This document shows, piece by piece, positions 13,850-15,645 of a DNA stretch of 15,645 nt. The notes under the pieces were generated by a model. That model worked only from the letters and a program-made list of their open reading frames with translations, was not told where the DNA came from and made no database searches. Position 1 is the stretch's first letter. Each line of letters begins with the position of its first letter. The position numbers were made by a program, and so were the translations under genes. Origin of the DNA: a virus (taxonomy: Duplodnaviria; Heunggongvirae; Uroviricota; Caudoviricetes); the IMG/VR virus record IMGVR_UViG_3300037454_000603, positions 1 through 15,645 of that record. The stretch is one strand, 5' to 3'.

Positions 13850-14080
13850 ATGATGTTAGTTTTAACAAAAGGTCTTGTGTGGTTTTATGTTTTAACTTTC
13901 TGCTGTCCTATCTTTTTAGCCAAAGCATACAAAAAAATTTTTAAACCTAAAGGAAAACAATGGTTTAAAATTCTTGATATTGTTGGTTATTTAGTGGTAT
14001 GGTCATCAAGAATATTCTTTTCATTTTGTGGAATTTTCCTATTATATATAATATATGTAGGTTGTAAAAATATTTTTTAA
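13850..14080 (+). CDS. small membrane protein, two hydrophobic segments
   Basis: SD AAGGGGTG; two TM-like stretches separated by a Lys-rich loop. Confidence 0.75.
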   Translation: MMLVLTKGLVWFYVLTFCCPIFLAKAYKKIFKPKGKQWFKILDIVGYLVVWSSRIFFSFCGIFLLYIIYVGCKNIF

Positions 14081-14092
14081 GGAGTGTTGAAA

Positions 14093-14431
14093 ATGAGTAC
14101 GAGAGATTACTGGATTGAATGTATTTATGATGTGATAATTGATATGGGATATAGTTTTTACGATTACTACACCGAGGAAGAGGGTTTGAACTGCACTGAC
14201 GTTTTGCCGTCAGAAGACTTGCTGTCAGACTTAGAACACGACATAAACGATATTATTAAAAATCTTGATTTAGATGTTTATTTGGACGGGCGGGAACTTT
14301 TATGTGAAATTTTAGATGAATTTCAGGACTATGCTATGTGCTTTGAAGTAATTAAAGATGAAGACTATGCCACAAAACTTGTAATAAGTTATTTACTGCC
14401 CGAAGTTGCATGGAAATTCACAAATTCTTAA
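14093..14431 (+). CDS. highly acidic protein, DNA-mimic candidate
   Basis: ATG 14093 after SD AAGGAG; 112 aa with 28 D/E versus 6 K/R. Confidence 0.85.
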   Translation: MSTRDYWIECIYDVIIDMGYSFYDYYTEEEGLNCTDVLPSEDLLSDLEHDINDIIKNLDLDVYLDGRELLCEILDEFQDYAMCFEVIKDEDYATKLVISYLLPEVAWKFTNS

Positions 14432-14436
14432 CAATT

Positions 14437-14456
14437 AAGACCCCTTTTGGGGTCTT
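14437..14456 (+). terminator. intrinsic terminator
   Basis: AAGACCCC/GGGGTCTT. Confidence 0.8.
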
Positions 14457-14473
14457 TAATTTTTTATGAACAA

Positions 14474-14495
14474 TGAAATACCCACTCCCATTTCT
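14474..14495. repeat. degenerate boundary palindrome J21 (convergent junction)
   Basis: TGAAAT-N10-ATTTCT. Confidence 0.75.
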
Positions 14496-14555
14496 TCCTT
14501 AACAATTTGCAAATATTTGAATAAGTCAAATTTTTTAACAGATTAAAGAAAAAAG

Positions 14556-14574
14556 AAAAGGCATTACGCCTTTT
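14556..14574 (-). terminator. intrinsic terminator
   Basis: AAAAGGC/GCCTTTT. Confidence 0.8.
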
Positions 14575-14944
14575 CTCTCTCTGCTTTTCTCTGTTCTCTT
14601 AACTCTTTATCGCGCTTAATTTTAGCTTCTTTTTTAGCTTTATTTTCTTCTGCTTTAATTTCTCTCTCATTAACTTTATTAACATATTGTGCCGCCGCTT
14701 CATTAACATTATATGCCTTAATTGTTTTGGTCTTGGTTTTGCGGTCGCAATAGTCCTTAACAGTCGGACTAAAGGTTGCATAAATCGGTTCACCGTCGGG
14801 TGAAGTGTCAACCTGAACAGCAATTTCACTATCACCAATAATGAAAACTAAGTCCTCACCGTAATGTTGTCTAAAAATTTCTACCATTGTTTTAAAAGCA
14901 AGTCCGCGTGCCTCATTCTTAATTGTTGTTGGTGTCTTTTCCAT
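14564..14944 (-). CDS. hypothetical protein with charged C-terminal coiled coil
   Basis: 126 aa; SD AAGAGG; promoter 14995-15023. Confidence 0.85.
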   Translation of the reverse strand: MEKTPTTIKNEARGLAFKTMVEIFRQHYGEDLVFIIGDSEIAVQVDTSPDGEPIYATFSPTVKDYCDRKTKTKTIKAYNVNEAAAQYVNKVNEREIKAEENKAKKEAKIKRDKELREQRKAEREKA

Positions 14945-14994
14945 AAGTACCTCTTTTCTACCCAGTGGGCAACTCTTGTTTTGTTTACACCCTA

Positions 14995-15023
14995 ATTATA
15001 CCATACTCCATGCCAAAAGTCAA
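14995..15023 (-). promoter_or_regulatory. sigmaA-type promoter
   Basis: TTGACT-17-TATAAT. Confidence 0.85.
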
Positions 15024-15075
15024 GTAAAAGATTTGCTAATTAATTAAAAGTTTTAACTTGTCAAACATTTGACTC

Positions 15076-15127
15076 GCCACGGCAATAGTTAAAAGATTTA
15101 ACAAAACCAAAGGCATTTCATTGTTCA
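15076..15127 (+). repeat. eroded composite site J22
   Basis: GCCACGGC 15076 and right half-site ATTTCATTGTTCA from 15115; left half-site lost. Confidence 0.6.
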
Positions 15128-15270
15128 AACTTCCTTAATAATTCCACGACAAATAGACCTTTAGTTAAAAGATTAAACTAAAAGCCGAAAATTCTATTAA
15201 GTTAAATTTTTAAACAAGTCAAGTTAATAGTTCATCATCTTTCCGACGACTTTTAACTTTAATTAATTAG

Positions 15271-15344
15271 TAGTGCATCACCTAATCGCGGCGGCTTTCT
15301 AACTAGATTGCAAACTTAGTACATCACCTAATTGCGGCGGCTTT
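15271..15344 (+). repeat. 28-bp direct repeat pair
   Basis: TAGTGCATCACCTAATCGCGGCGGCTTT (15271-15298) and TAGTACATCACCTAATTGCGGCGGCTTT (15317-15344), 2 mismatches. Confidence 0.9.
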
Positions 15345-15645
15345 TGCTTGCTAATTTTAAGTAGGAATTAAGTTAATGTTCTCAAAAAAATTCAGACCAA
15401 CTTATTAACAAGGTGTTAAGGTTGAAATAGTCCCTTCAGTTAAAACTTTGAACCAATTAAACTCTTCTTAATATTTTCTGCCGACAGTCCAAAAAATAGG
15501 ACAAGTAATTTTAAATAAATTTAAATAGAATTTTAAAAAGCCGCGAATTTGTTAATACTTATAAGTAAAACAAAATTTTGTCTCTAATTTTCAATAAAAT
15601 CAAAGCAAATTTTCAATAAAAATTTAATAAGTTACAAATTTTTGA

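Noticed and set aside
32-14495. CRISPR array interpretation of the recurring palindrome
   Set aside because: Repeats are degenerate with variable cores and are separated by 400-1100 bp of genes, not 30-40 bp spacers; no cas genes are present.
32-14495. Canonical integron attC sites
   Set aside because: No RYYYAAC...GTTRRRY ends, cassettes carry their own promoters, and no integrase is in the window; only the architecture is analogous.
32-14495. Known host operators (CIRCE, LexA Cheo box, Fur, CodY)
   Set aside because: TGAAAT-N9-ATTTCA matches none of these consensus sequences as I know them.
1-15645. tRNA, rRNA, transposase or integrase genes
   Set aside because: No cloverleaf, rRNA-like, DDE or recombinase motifs were seen.

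Overview
This AT-rich window most likely comes from the early or accessory region of a large phage or related mobile element infecting a Bacillota (Firmicutes) host. That assignment is inferred from sigma70/sigmaA-type promoters, strong Shine-Dalgarno sites and small phage-like ORFs; no structural, terminase, integrase or recombinase gene is present. The window holds about 28 mostly short genes in about 22 self-contained transcription units. Each unit has its own near-consensus TTGACA/T-17-TATAAT/CT promoter and an intrinsic terminator, and the strand switches 10 times. The main signal is that essentially every boundary between units carries exactly one palindrome, TGAAAT-N(8-10)-ATTTCA (22 copies), often extended to TGAAC/TTAAC-NN arms. 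About half of these sit in a longer composite site with a GCGGC-RC box about 29 bp away and a third TGAAAT half-site about 45 bp away. The sites also occur between convergent terminators where no promoter exists. Promoter, leader and terminator modules are reused across unrelated genes, and several gene families occur as dispersed paralog pairs. Together this suggests a modular gene-cassette array whose boundary sites may serve recombination or DNA organisation. Recognisable proteins are two DEDDh 3'-5' exonucleases, a HAD-family nucleotidase and three winged-helix-like proteins. The last ~650 bp are non-coding and contain a 28-bp direct repeat pair.
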